Below, piece by piece: positions 26,808-35,077 of a stretch of 64,000 nt of DNA. A program made the position numbers and the translations under genes. This stretch comes from Bacillota bacterium. Its GTDB lineage: Bacteria > Bacillota > Sulfobacillia > Sulfobacillales > Sulfobacillaceae. The stretch spans positions 94,498-158,497 of the forward strand of contig JAPNUR010000005.1 of NCBI GenBank assembly GCA_026627385.1, given 5' to 3'. A model generated the notes under the pieces. The model was given only the letters and a program-made list of their open reading frames with translations, did no database searches and was not told the origin of the DNA. How positions within the stretch are numbered: position 1 is the stretch's first letter; the number at the start of each line of letters is the position of its first letter.

Positions 26808-27695
26808 TTGCAAACCCCCATTGTCGCCGAGGTCGATACTGCGCCGGCGGAAGATTATAGTTACCAAGGCCGAATATGGCGGCGGTTTTGGAAGAATCCT
26901 TTAACGATTGCGGGTGTTGCCGGCCTAACATTCCTCGTCTTATTTTCTTTTGTGGGCCCTCTTATCTATCGCGTCAATCCCTTGACCATCAACCTTTTGC
27001 ACATTTTGCAGCCACCCAGCGCCCAATTCCCGCTGGGGACTGATGATTTAGGACGCAACGAACTTGCACGACTCATGGTTGGTGGACAGGCTTCTCTCAT
27101 TGTGGGCTTTGCTGCCGCGTTTGTTTCGATGATTTTTGGCACGCTGTACGGAATGGTCGCCGGGTTGGCGGGGGGCTGGATTGACACGCTCATGATGCGC
27201 ATCGTGGACATCATTTTGTCGATTCCGGCACTCTTCATTCTCTTATTTCTGGACGCCGTCTTCAAACCCAACGTGGCGGTCATGGTCGTGATTCTCGCGT
27301 CCACGGCATGGTTAGGGGTAGCCCGTTTGGTGCGGGCCGAGGTGTTGAGCATCAAGACCCGCACCTACGTTGAAGCGGCACGAGCGCTGGGAGCCAGTCA
27401 GGCGCGCATCATGCGCCGCTACCTCTTTCCGAATTATCTGGGCACGGTGCTCGTAGCGGGAACGTTCAGCGTCGCCGACTCGATCTTAGCCATTGCCACG
27501 TTAAGCTTTTTAGGGTTAGGGCTACCGCCGCCGGCACCCAATTGGGGCGCAGACTTGGCGACCGCGATGAATTACATGTACCAAAATGCCTGGTGGATTA
27601 TTTATCCGCCCGGACTCGCCATCTTGCTTGCCGAACTGAGCATCAACTTTATTGGCGACGGTCTCAGACAAGCGTTTGATACGCGATTGTCTTAG
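26808..27695 (+). CDS. ABC transporter permease (DppC/OppC-like)
   Basis: The TTG start has GAAGGAGG 7 nt upstream. Contains the N-terminal W..F.KN..... motif and the EAA-loop region YVEAARALGASQARIMRRYLFPN. Confidence 0.85.
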   Translation: MQTPIVAEVDTAPAEDYSYQGRIWRRFWKNPLTIAGVAGLTFLVLFSFVGPLIYRVNPLTINLLHILQPPSAQFPLGTDDLGRNELARLMVGGQASLIVGFAAAFVSMIFGTLYGMVAGLAGGWIDTLMMRIVDIILSIPALFILLFLDAVFKPNVAVMVVILASTAWLGVARLVRAEVLSIKTRTYVEAARALGASQARIMRRYLFPNYLGTVLVAGTFSVADSILAIATLSFLGLGLPPPAPNWGADLATAMNYMYQNAWWIIYPPGLAILLAELSINFIGDGLRQAFDTRLS

Positions 27696-27706
27696 GAGGT
27701 GGATGC

Positions 27707-28660
27707 GTGGGTCGATATATTCTTCGCCGTATTTTAGAGGCAATTCCGAGCCTTTTAGGCGTGACCGTCATTAGCTTTATTTTGCTGCACATCGTGCCCG
27801 GCAATCCCGTGCGCCTACTCTTGGGCAACCACTGGACCCCGTACCGGGCACGCATTTTGGCGCGGAACTTGGGGTTAAACAAGCCACTTTACATGCAGTA
27901 CCTCATCTGGCTATGGAAAGCCTTGCACGGCAACTTTCAGTACTCCTATGTCTACGATCAGCCGGTGACCTCGCTCATTTTGCAAGCGTTGCCGCATACC
28001 TTGGAATTAGTGGTCCTCGCCGTAATGCTGGCACATTTAACGGCGGTGCTCATTGGTACCATTCAGGCGTATTACGCCAATTCCGTCTTCGATCAAGTAG
28101 TCACGGTCCTTTTATACTTTTTCTATGCTATGCCCACGTTTTGGCTCGGCATCTTGGTCATCGAACTCTTTGCCATCCACCTCGGATGGTTTCCCTCGGG
28201 GGGCATCACCAATCCTGACAACCCGAACCCCAATTTTTGGTCTTACGTGTATCACTTGGTCTTGCCGGTACTCACCTTGATGATCACGTCGATGGCTGGC
28301 TGGGCGCGATACATGCGCTCGTCCATGCGCGAAACGCTCGTCCAAGATTATATTCGCACCGCGCGCTCCAAAGGGGCTGGAGAATTCCGGGTGTTGTTTG
28401 TCCACGCCTTGAGAAATTCGGTTTTGCCCCTTATCACCTTGTTCGGTTTGTCCCTCCCTGCGCTCTTGGGCGGGGCCCTGGTGGTGGAGGAAATTTTTGA
28501 TTATCCTGGCATGGGACTCCTCTACTGGAATGCCGCGAACTCGCGCGATTACCCCGTGTTGCTGGCCATCATCGTGTTTTTGGGAATCGTGACCATCCTC
28601 GGGAACCTGATAGCCGACCTCTTGTACGCCCTCGTCGATCCCCGTATTTCCTATAGTTAA
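27707..28660 (+). CDS. ABC transporter permease (DppB/OppB-like)
   Basis: Contains MGRYILRRILEAIPSLLGVTVISFILLHIVPGNPV and the EAA loop DYIRTARSKGAGEFRVLFVHALRNS. Confidence 0.9.
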   Translation: MGRYILRRILEAIPSLLGVTVISFILLHIVPGNPVRLLLGNHWTPYRARILARNLGLNKPLYMQYLIWLWKALHGNFQYSYVYDQPVTSLILQALPHTLELVVLAVMLAHLTAVLIGTIQAYYANSVFDQVVTVLLYFFYAMPTFWLGILVIELFAIHLGWFPSGGITNPDNPNPNFWSYVYHLVLPVLTLMITSMAGWARYMRSSMRETLVQDYIRTARSKGAGEFRVLFVHALRNSVLPLITLFGLSLPALLGGALVVEEIFDYPGMGLLYWNAANSRDYPVLLAIIVFLGIVTILGNLIADLLYALVDPRISYS

Positions 28661-28673
28661 CGAACATCAACCA

Positions 28674-28698
28674 GGCGCCCGGATCCGATCCGGGCGCC
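28674..28698. terminator. GC-rich palindrome between convergent genes (possible bidirectional terminator; no clear U-tract)
   Basis: GGCGCCCGGATC-C-GATCCGGGCGCC is a perfect 12-bp stem. It lies between the permease stop (28660) and the spoIVA stop (28712). Confidence 0.45.
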
Positions 28699-28711
28699 CA
28701 TGAAGATCGTG

Positions 28712-30190
28712 TTAGATAATAATGCAAATGAGACCTCCCGACCCCTCGTTAATGATGCGGGTCAAGGTCTCTTGTAATTTTTCCTGGGCATTGTCGGGCA
28801 TGCGGAACAGCTTCGATTGAATGCTTTCGCGCACCAGGTCATGGAGCGACTTACCAAAGAGGTTGGTTTCCCAAAGCCGTTTGGGATCATCTTCAAACTG
28901 TTCCATCAAGTATTGCACCAACTCGTCGGCTTGTCGCTCTGTACCGATAATGGGAGTAATTTCTGTTTCAATGTCGGCTCGGATCATGTGGATGGAGGGG
29001 GCGGTGGCCTTCAAGCGGACGCCAAACTGCGCCCCTTTGCGTATGGGCTCCGGCTCGGCTAAATTGAGTTCATCCAAGGTGGGCGCCACCATACCATAAC
29101 CCGTGCTGCGCACCTCCAAAACCGCCTCTTCGACTTTGTCCCATTCGCGTTTGGCGACCACATATTCGCGCCAGAGCTTCACCACGTCACCGCGGGTCGC
29201 CACGTGACGGTCAGCCAACTCCCCCAAGACGCGATAATATAGGTTGTCGTCGGCGCCGACGAAGATCTCGGCTTGACCTGTCCCCAGGTCCATATGCAGC
29301 AAATGAACGCCGTCCAACACCTCGAGTCCCGTGAGCCGCTCGATTTCCGTCTGGACATCCCTTAAACGCGTAATGTTGGCCCGTGATTCCTCAGTGGCCA
29401 ACTCAATCTGCTTCTTTAACCAATGGGTCGACGGTAGCGCGTCAACCCAATCCACGAGTTGAAATTGGATATCGGCAACCGGAAATTCGTACAGCACTTG
29501 TTCGAGCACCCGCGTGATGTCGTCCTGGCGCAGTTCCAAGCAGTTCAACGGCATGACCGGCACATCGTAGCGGGCGGTGAGATTTTGCGCCAAATCCAAT
29601 GTCTCATCGGCGTATGGGTGAGCCGTGTTGAGCACCACCACGAACGGTTTACCGAGATCCTTGAGTTCCCCCACCACCCGCTCCTCCGCGTCTTCATAAG
29701 CGTCGCGCGGCAACTCGCCAAACGATCCATCGGTGGTAATGACAATCCCTATGGTCGAATGGTCCTGAATCACTTTGCGCGTCCCGATTTCTGCCGCTTC
29801 TTCAAACGGCATTTCATCGTCAGACCATGGGGTGTGTACCATGCGCGCGCCCTCTTCTTCGGTATAACCCAGGGCCCCAGGGACGGCATAGCCTACACAA
29901 TCGACCAGCCGCGCCCTGAACGTAATCGCATCGTTGATGGCAATTTCAACGCCGTCATCAGGAATGAATTTGGGTTCGGTGGTCATGATCGTGCGTCCTG
30001 TCCCGCTCTGTGGCAGCGAATCAACTGCTCGCTCTCGTTCGTTGGGATCATCGATGGCAGGCAGAATCATCCGTTCCATAAAGCGTTTAATGAAGGTGGA
30101 TTTACCGGTGCGGACCGGGCCCACGACGCCAATGTATACATCGCCTCCGGTTCGTTCGGCTAAATCCTGAAAAAGGTCAAACTTCTCCAT
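28712..30190 (-). CDS. spoIVA: Stage IV sporulation protein A (spore coat morphogenetic ATPase)
   Basis: 492 aa. The N-terminus MEKFDLFQDLAERTGGDVYIGVVGPVRTGKSTFIKRFME (Walker A) and the C-terminal ..EGSGGLICIII are highly characteristic of SpoIVA. Confidence 0.95.
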   Translation of the reverse strand: MEKFDLFQDLAERTGGDVYIGVVGPVRTGKSTFIKRFMERMILPAIDDPNERERAVDSLPQSGTGRTIMTTEPKFIPDDGVEIAINDAITFRARLVDCVGYAVPGALGYTEEEGARMVHTPWSDDEMPFEEAAEIGTRKVIQDHSTIGIVITTDGSFGELPRDAYEDAEERVVGELKDLGKPFVVVLNTAHPYADETLDLAQNLTARYDVPVMPLNCLELRQDDITRVLEQVLYEFPVADIQFQLVDWVDALPSTHWLKKQIELATEESRANITRLRDVQTEIERLTGLEVLDGVHLLHMDLGTGQAEIFVGADDNLYYRVLGELADRHVATRGDVVKLWREYVVAKREWDKVEEAVLEVRSTGYGMVAPTLDELNLAEPEPIRKGAQFGVRLKATAPSIHMIRADIETEITPIIGTERQADELVQYLMEQFEDDPKRLWETNLFGKSLHDLVRESIQSKLFRMPDNAQEKLQETLTRIINEGSGGLICIII

Positions 30191-30250
30191 CCTGAAGGTT
30201 CCCTCCCTCGTCTACCAGGGTTGGCGCCGGTCCTCGCCTGTCCCGGGATC

Positions 30251-30279
30251 ACCCTATGAATGACAGTAGCAAGATATGA
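30251..30279 (-). promoter_or_regulatory. Candidate sigma-E-type (mother-cell) promoter upstream of spoIVA
   Basis: Minus-strand sense: TCATATC, 14 nt, CATAGGGT. Compare the Bacillus sigma-E consensus (T/G)(A/C)ATAxx, 14 nt, CATACAhT. It lies about 60 nt upstream of the ATG. The -10 matches only in part. Confidence 0.35.
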
Positions 30280-30332
30280 AATGGCGAACGCATTAATGCC
30301 AACGTTTGGCAACCTTTTTCCTTTCCTCACGC

Positions 30333-30362
30333 TTGACTAACTTCTCTTATGTAAGTTAATAT
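30333..30362 (+). promoter_or_regulatory. Candidate sigma-A promoter for the YceI-family gene
   Basis: TTGACT, 17 nt, TTAATA(T), in an AT-rich patch about 100 nt upstream of the start. Confidence 0.4.
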
Positions 30363-30461
30363 GAAATTGTCTTGGAATAAGTTGGCCTGGCGGCGCGATT
30401 TTTTTGCTCGCCTATTCCGTAAGAATAGCAATCAACGACTTTGACCAGGGAGGCAATCACC

Positions 30462-30995
30462 ATGGCGTCAGAAGAGAGCACATGGGTCGTCGATCCAGCC
30501 CATAGTACCGTGGGTTTTGTTGTCCGTCATCTCGTCTCCAAAGTGCGCGGCCATTTTCAAGAATTTCAGGGACGCATTGTAGGCGATCCCAACGATTTGA
30601 CCACGGCACGGGCTGAATTTGAAATCAACGTAGCTAGCGTCAATACCAATCAGGCGGACCGCGACAAGCACCTGCGTACGAGCGACTTTTTCGATGTGGA
30701 ACACTACCCCACGATGCGGTTTGAAAGCACACGCGTCGAAAAGACCGGCGATGCGAACTACACCGTATATGGAAACCTGACTTTGCGCGGCGTCACCCGC
30801 GAAGTCCCGGTGGCGGTCACATCCTTAGGGATCGCGGCGGACCCGTGGGGCAATACCCGCGCTGGCTTTGAGTGCTCCGCGCGTATTAATCGCAAAGATT
30901 TCGGGGTCAACTGGAACCAAGTATTAGAAACTGGCGGCCTCATGGTTGGCGATATGGTTGACATTCATCTGGAACTGGAAACGATCAAACAATAG
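30462..30995 (+). CDS. YceI-family polyisoprenoid-binding protein
   Basis: Contains W.VDPAHSTVGFVVRHL.VSKVRGHF..F.G, NQADRDKHLRTSDFFDVEHYPTMRFEST and L.L.GVT. An ATG at 30462 has GGGAGG 8 nt upstream. Confidence 0.85.
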   Translation: MASEESTWVVDPAHSTVGFVVRHLVSKVRGHFQEFQGRIVGDPNDLTTARAEFEINVASVNTNQADRDKHLRTSDFFDVEHYPTMRFESTRVEKTGDANYTVYGNLTLRGVTREVPVAVTSLGIAADPWGNTRAGFECSARINRKDFGVNWNQVLETGGLMVGDMVDIHLELETIKQ

Positions 30996-31017
30996 CCTAA
31001 CACGGGTCTTACGGGCT

Positions 31018-31043
31018 GGGCGCGGGGCCAAGCATCCGCGCCC
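31018..31043. terminator. Hairpin between the convergent yceI-like and der genes
   Basis: GGGCGCGG-GGCCAAGCAT-CCGCGCCC followed by CGCTTTCTT on the plus strand. Confidence 0.45.
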
Positions 31044-31050
31044 CGCTTTC

Positions 31051-32379
31051 TTATGACCCCGTGGCGCCGCGCCGCATATGAGTTCTGGCGCGCAGGGTCA
31101 AGCGAATGGGTGTACCGCGAAAATCAGCCACTTCGCGAAGACGATTTTCTAAATAGCGCTCGTAGCTAAAGTGAGACAATTCCGGATCGTTAACAAAAAG
31201 CACGACGTGGGGTGGCTTCGTACTTACCTGGGTCGCGTAATAAATCTTGAGCTGGCGTCCGGTTTTCGAAGCAGGCGGCGGATTTAAGTGCACGGCTTCC
31301 TCCACCAGCTGATTGACTTGGTGGGTGGTCAGCCGCCGCGTATAAGCTGCATAGGCTTCGTCAATGAGCGCCCAGATCTCCTGGAGATGCCACTCGGTGA
31401 GCACGGAAATGGCTAACACTGGCGCGTAGGACAAAAAGCGAAGTTCCTCTCGGACTCGGCGTTGAAGATCCACCGTCGTCCCTTTGATGAGATCCGCTTT
31501 ATTAATCAGCACCACGGTCGCCTTGCCATGCGATTCAATTTGCCCGGCGATGCGTTGGTCCTGCGCAAAGACCCCGTCAACCGCATTCAGCACGAGCAAT
31601 ACGACGTCCGCCTCGCGAATGGCGCTGAGCGAGCGCTGCACCGTCTTTGCTTCCAAGGCTTCGCGCACCTGCTTGGGCCGCCGTAATCCTGCGGTATCCA
31701 AAAAGAGATAGGTTTGCTTCCCGCGCGTCACCACGGTATCGACCACGTCGCGGGTGGTTCCCGCAATCGGCGTGACGAGCGTCCGTTCTTGACCGGCCAA
31801 CCAGTTCACCAATGATGACTTACCCACATTCGGGCGCCCAGCAATAGCCACGCGAATGGGCGCCGGTTTCTCCGTGGCAAGCGGGATGTCGTCCGCCGGC
31901 AACCGCTCCACCACCGCATCTAATAGGTCGCCAATACCTTCCCCATGGATTGCGGACACCGCTATGGGATCGCCCAGGCCCAAACTGTAGAACACGGGAA
32001 CGTCCGCACGCTTCGATTCTGCCTTGTTAACGACGACCAGCACAGGCTTTCGCGTACGGCGCAAAATTTTGGCCACGTCCTCGTCGGCAGCGGTGATGCC
32101 GGTGGTGCCGTCCACCACCATCACTAAGACATCAGCCTCTTCAATGGCTAAGATCGCTTGCGCCCGCGTCATGGCCAGCAGAGAATCGTCGTCTCCTTCC
32201 CAGATGCCCCCTGTGTCAACCACCGTAAAGCGACGCCCATTCCACTCCGTCTCCTCGTACAAGCGGTCCCGCGTCACGCCCTCCACATCGGCGACAATCG
32301 CGCGACGGGACTCGGTCAGGCGATTAAACAATGCCGACTTCCCCACGTTAGGCCGACCAACAATTGCCACCACAGCCAT
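31051..32379 (-). CDS. der: Ribosome-biogenesis GTPase Der (EngA), double G-domain
   Basis: Contains two GTPase P-loops (VAIVGRPNVGKSALFN and VAIAGRPNVGKSSLVN), DTGG/DTAG motifs, NKAE/NKAD motifs and a KH-like C-terminus. Confidence 0.95.
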   Translation of the reverse strand: MAVVAIVGRPNVGKSALFNRLTESRRAIVADVEGVTRDRLYEETEWNGRRFTVVDTGGIWEGDDDSLLAMTRAQAILAIEEADVLVMVVDGTTGITAADEDVAKILRRTRKPVLVVVNKAESKRADVPVFYSLGLGDPIAVSAIHGEGIGDLLDAVVERLPADDIPLATEKPAPIRVAIAGRPNVGKSSLVNWLAGQERTLVTPIAGTTRDVVDTVVTRGKQTYLFLDTAGLRRPKQVREALEAKTVQRSLSAIREADVVLLVLNAVDGVFAQDQRIAGQIESHGKATVVLINKADLIKGTTVDLQRRVREELRFLSYAPVLAISVLTEWHLQEIWALIDEAYAAYTRRLTTHQVNQLVEEAVHLNPPPASKTGRQLKIYYATQVSTKPPHVVLFVNDPELSHFSYERYLENRLREVADFRGTPIRLTLRARTHMRRGATGS

Positions 32380-32403
32380 CCTAATCACCCTTTAACCGAT
32401 GTC

Positions 32404-33033
32404 CTACTGTCCTATTGGGCCATTATGCCCGTCCTCTGATTCGGGGTCAAGCGCGCCTTTGCCTAATCGCGCATGGATCTCATAGGCTATCCAACCGACG
32501 AGCCACCCTGACAGCGAGGCAATCATCACCGCCGCCGTGTCGTGTCGGCCCCACTCATAGGGACTATGATGCCAGACACCGACCGCGACGCTCGCCATCG
32601 CCGCCGCTATCAAACTCACCACCGCGCCAGCCAGAGGATCGAGCATAGCGAGCCCCCCTCCAATGCCTACGCCCACGCTTTCAAAGGCCGCCACCGGCAG
32701 CAAGGATGCCTGATGGATAGAAAACGGCACCATAAGGCGCACAACCATGCTAAAAAGGCCTAATGCGGCGATCCATAGCCAACCGCCGCGCGCCTGTTTC
32801 TGGCCTGCCATCCAAAAACCCCCGAGCAGCAGCAAAAAGACAAAGCCAAGGTCCACACGGACTGGCGGATACGGCCATCGCATCCGAAACCAGCTGCCAA
32901 TCCAGATGATCAGCATGACAAGAGCCATTCGCCGCGGATGAATGTGATGGCGGGACCAGGTCCCCACAAAAAATTGACTTGCGGTTAAGATGCCCATTGC
33001 AGCCCATAGACTCATCGCCCACAACACAATCAC
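32404..33033 (-). CDS. Polytopic membrane protein of unknown function
   Basis: 209 aa with about 6 hydrophobic helices. It lies upstream of der, the position where Bacillus has the membrane-protein gene yphA; this is positional only. Confidence 0.45.
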   Translation of the reverse strand: MIVLWAMSLWAAMGILTASQFFVGTWSRHHIHPRRMALVMLIIWIGSWFRMRWPYPPVRVDLGFVFLLLLGGFWMAGQKQARGGWLWIAALGLFSMVVRLMVPFSIHQASLLPVAAFESVGVGIGGGLAMLDPLAGAVVSLIAAAMASVAVGVWHHSPYEWGRHDTAAVMIASLSGWLVGWIAYEIHARLGKGALDPESEDGHNGPIGQ

Positions 33034-33267
33034 GGGTCACCCCTCCGGTTCCAAGGTCACCCAGGTAGGCCTAGCCTATGTATGGCTTTGCCACGATTTA
33101 TTTGTGGCAGTTTTTACCACTACTGCATAGGATTTACTGTCACCTCCCACTCCTTGGTGATGGCGGCGGTCATTCGGCCGCCGCCTCCTGCGTACAGCGG
33201 GTTAAAGACGCTGGAAAAATGCGCCCTAGCTTGTTAGCATGAAAGGGGCGAACTTAATCGGGTTGGG

Positions 33268-34074
33268 GTGATTCTGCTGTCATATCGTCAGATACTTGGG
33301 TCCCGCATTCGCACACTTCGGGAATCCGCGGGCTGGTCTCAGGCGGAAATGGCGCGCCGCATACCCTTATCGCAAAAGCAGTTGTCGCGCTTAGAACTGG
33401 GCGACGTGTCGCTGGTGGACCGCCACCTCCTCATCCGCATTGCTGAGATCTTAGATACGCCCTTGGCCACCGGAGAGCTCAACCAGTGGCTCCATGCCTT
33501 CGGCTACCGCCCGCACATTATGCCGCTCCTGCCACTACCCCCGGACTGGCCAGCCTTGCTCAATCATTTTGGGTTTTATCCCGCCATGATTGTGGATTTC
33601 GCCCGCTATATCCGCAAAGGCAATCAGGTCCTCGAGTCGGTCCACGGCGTATCGATCGAGGGTTTGTCAGGAATTCGGCGCAATTGGCTGTGGCACTATT
33701 TTCATCCGGACGGCATGCTGTATCATACCTATCCCCGCGATTCCCGCGCTCGTGTTTTGAACCGGTTGTTTTGGGATTGGGCCCCATACTTTAACGAGCC
33801 TTGGAATCAAGAGCTACGACACGACTTAGAAACCGCCGTTGGGATCTTATGGTCCGATTTGCAAAACCGCTATCAAATTCCCAGTGAGCCGGTCGCTTCG
33901 CCAATGTCGGAAACGGTGACCATTCCCAGGTCTGATGGGTCGATTCTGCTCTTTCAAACACAGGTGGCGCATTTGCCGCGACGGCCGGATCTGTTGACGG
34001 TGGTCTACGAACCGTTAAACGACGATGCGCTCTACTGGTGCCGGACAGAAACGTGCCGGCCTAAGGGCGCCTAA
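33268..34074 (+). CDS. XRE-family HTH transcriptional regulator with an MmyB-like C-terminal ligand-binding domain
   Basis: The HTH is LGSRIRTLRESAGWSQAEMARRIPLSQKQLSRLELGD. It is followed by the MmyB-style pattern ..L..AG..P.....P..YPAMIVDF....GN.....V....N.L...F...... and LTVVYEPLNDDA. Confidence 0.65.
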   Translation: MILLSYRQILGSRIRTLRESAGWSQAEMARRIPLSQKQLSRLELGDVSLVDRHLLIRIAEILDTPLATGELNQWLHAFGYRPHIMPLLPLPPDWPALLNHFGFYPAMIVDFARYIRKGNQVLESVHGVSIEGLSGIRRNWLWHYFHPDGMLYHTYPRDSRARVLNRLFWDWAPYFNEPWNQELRHDLETAVGILWSDLQNRYQIPSEPVASPMSETVTIPRSDGSILLFQTQVAHLPRRPDLLTVVYEPLNDDALYWCRTETCRPKGA

Positions 34075-34076
34075 CG

Positions 34077-34694
34077 GTGGACGCGTGGGATGGGTTGCGC
34101 CGCCGGTGGGCCGCGATTCCTCCGACCGTCGCGATCCACATCACCGCCCCGCGTCAGGACGCTGCCTCCGTCCGCGCAACCGAAGACCTGTTAAGCGAAT
34201 TGATGGCCCCCGGCGATGCTGTGACGGTGCACTGGCATGTCGACATGAAGAGTCCCGGTCTCGTGATTCGCTGTTCTCGCGACCACCACACAGGGCCCAT
34301 CAGCTTTTGGGGTACGCCTTCAGGCTACGAGCTGGAAGGTTTGCTGTATGCCCTCGAGCGCTTGGCCTTTGGTCCCCGGACCCCGACACCATTTTCTGCT
34401 CCCCATACTGAGCTGATCCGCCAAATCGAGCGTCCCCTGGCGATTGACCTCTACGTTGCCCCCACGTGAGCGTTTTGTCCGCAGATGGTCCATCTGCTCG
34501 TTGACGCCGCGACCATCAATCCCCGGATCTCCGGGCGCATCATTCAAGTGGCCGAGTTTCCCGACTGCGCCCGCCGCCACCAGATTTGCCGCACGCCCAC
34601 CCTGGTGACGGCCTCGGGCCGCAGACTAAGCGGCAATGTGCCCCCGCCCCTGGTCGCCGGTTTTCTGTGGCGTGAAACCCTTAAAGAGGAATAG
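34077..34694 (+). CDS. Candidate selenoprotein: double-thioredoxin-fold protein (AhpF N-terminal domain / glutaredoxin-like PDO family) with UGA (34467..34469) as codon 131, giving a U-A-F-C redox motif
   Basis: Track ORFs 34077..34469 and 34485..34694 share one frame. Read-through gives ..ISFWGTPSGYELEGLLYAL...LAIDLYVAPT-U-AFCPQMVHLLVDAATINPRISGRIIQVAEFPDCARRHQICRTPTLV.., which is the family pattern with Sec in place of the first Cys of CxxC. A SECIS-like hairpin begins 11 nt after the UGA. The start is GTG, 2 nt after the regulator's stop. Confidence 0.6.
34481..34497 (+). promoter_or_regulatory. SECIS-like hairpin downstream of the in-frame UGA
   Basis: GCAGAU-GGUCC-AUCUGC is a perfect 6-bp stem, with a possible seventh G-C pair. 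The loop GGU lies at +21 to +23 counted from the U of UGA. Compare E. coli fdhF (GGUC apical loop, G23/U24). Confidence 0.5.
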
Positions 34695-34732
34695 CATCGG
34701 CACCGTGCGGTATCGGCCTCCCGCCAGAGCGA

Positions 34733-35077
34733 TCATTTTACGAGCTTCTCAGGCCATCCTTGGATGCCGCCCCTCAGGTTGACCGCACGGTAGCCATAAC
34801 TCCGCAGCAGCTTTGCTGCCTGGCGACCCCGCCGCTCACTGGCGTCCACGGTCAGGATCGGCTCTTTGGCTGGCAGCTCGTGTAGCCGCTTTTGCAATTC
34901 GACGTATGGGATGAGATGGGACCCTTTAATATGCCCCTGGCGATACCGCGACAAGTCTCTCAGATCCACCACGAAATACCGCTGACCCGAGCTCAACAGC
35001 GCGCGCCCGTCGACGTCTAGCGGCTCTCTAGCCGTCCTGGGGCCGCGCTTGAACTGTCCTTTGAGCCATTCAATCAC
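34733..35077 (-). CDS. Single-domain rhodanese-homology protein with Asp in place of the catalytic Cys
   Basis: VVDLRD...Y..GHIKGS..IP....L......PILTVDASERRGRQAAKLLRSYGYRAVNLRGGIQGW aligns to IVVYCrsGrRS.qAA..L...G...V..L.GG...W, with D at the Cys position. Its start overlaps the stop of the upstream peroxiredoxin (ATGA). Confidence 0.8.
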   Translation of the reverse strand: MIEWLKGQFKRGPRTAREPLDVDGRALLSSGQRYFVVDLRDLSRYRQGHIKGSHLIPYVELQKRLHELPAKEPILTVDASERRGRQAAKLLRSYGYRAVNLRGGIQGWPEKLVK

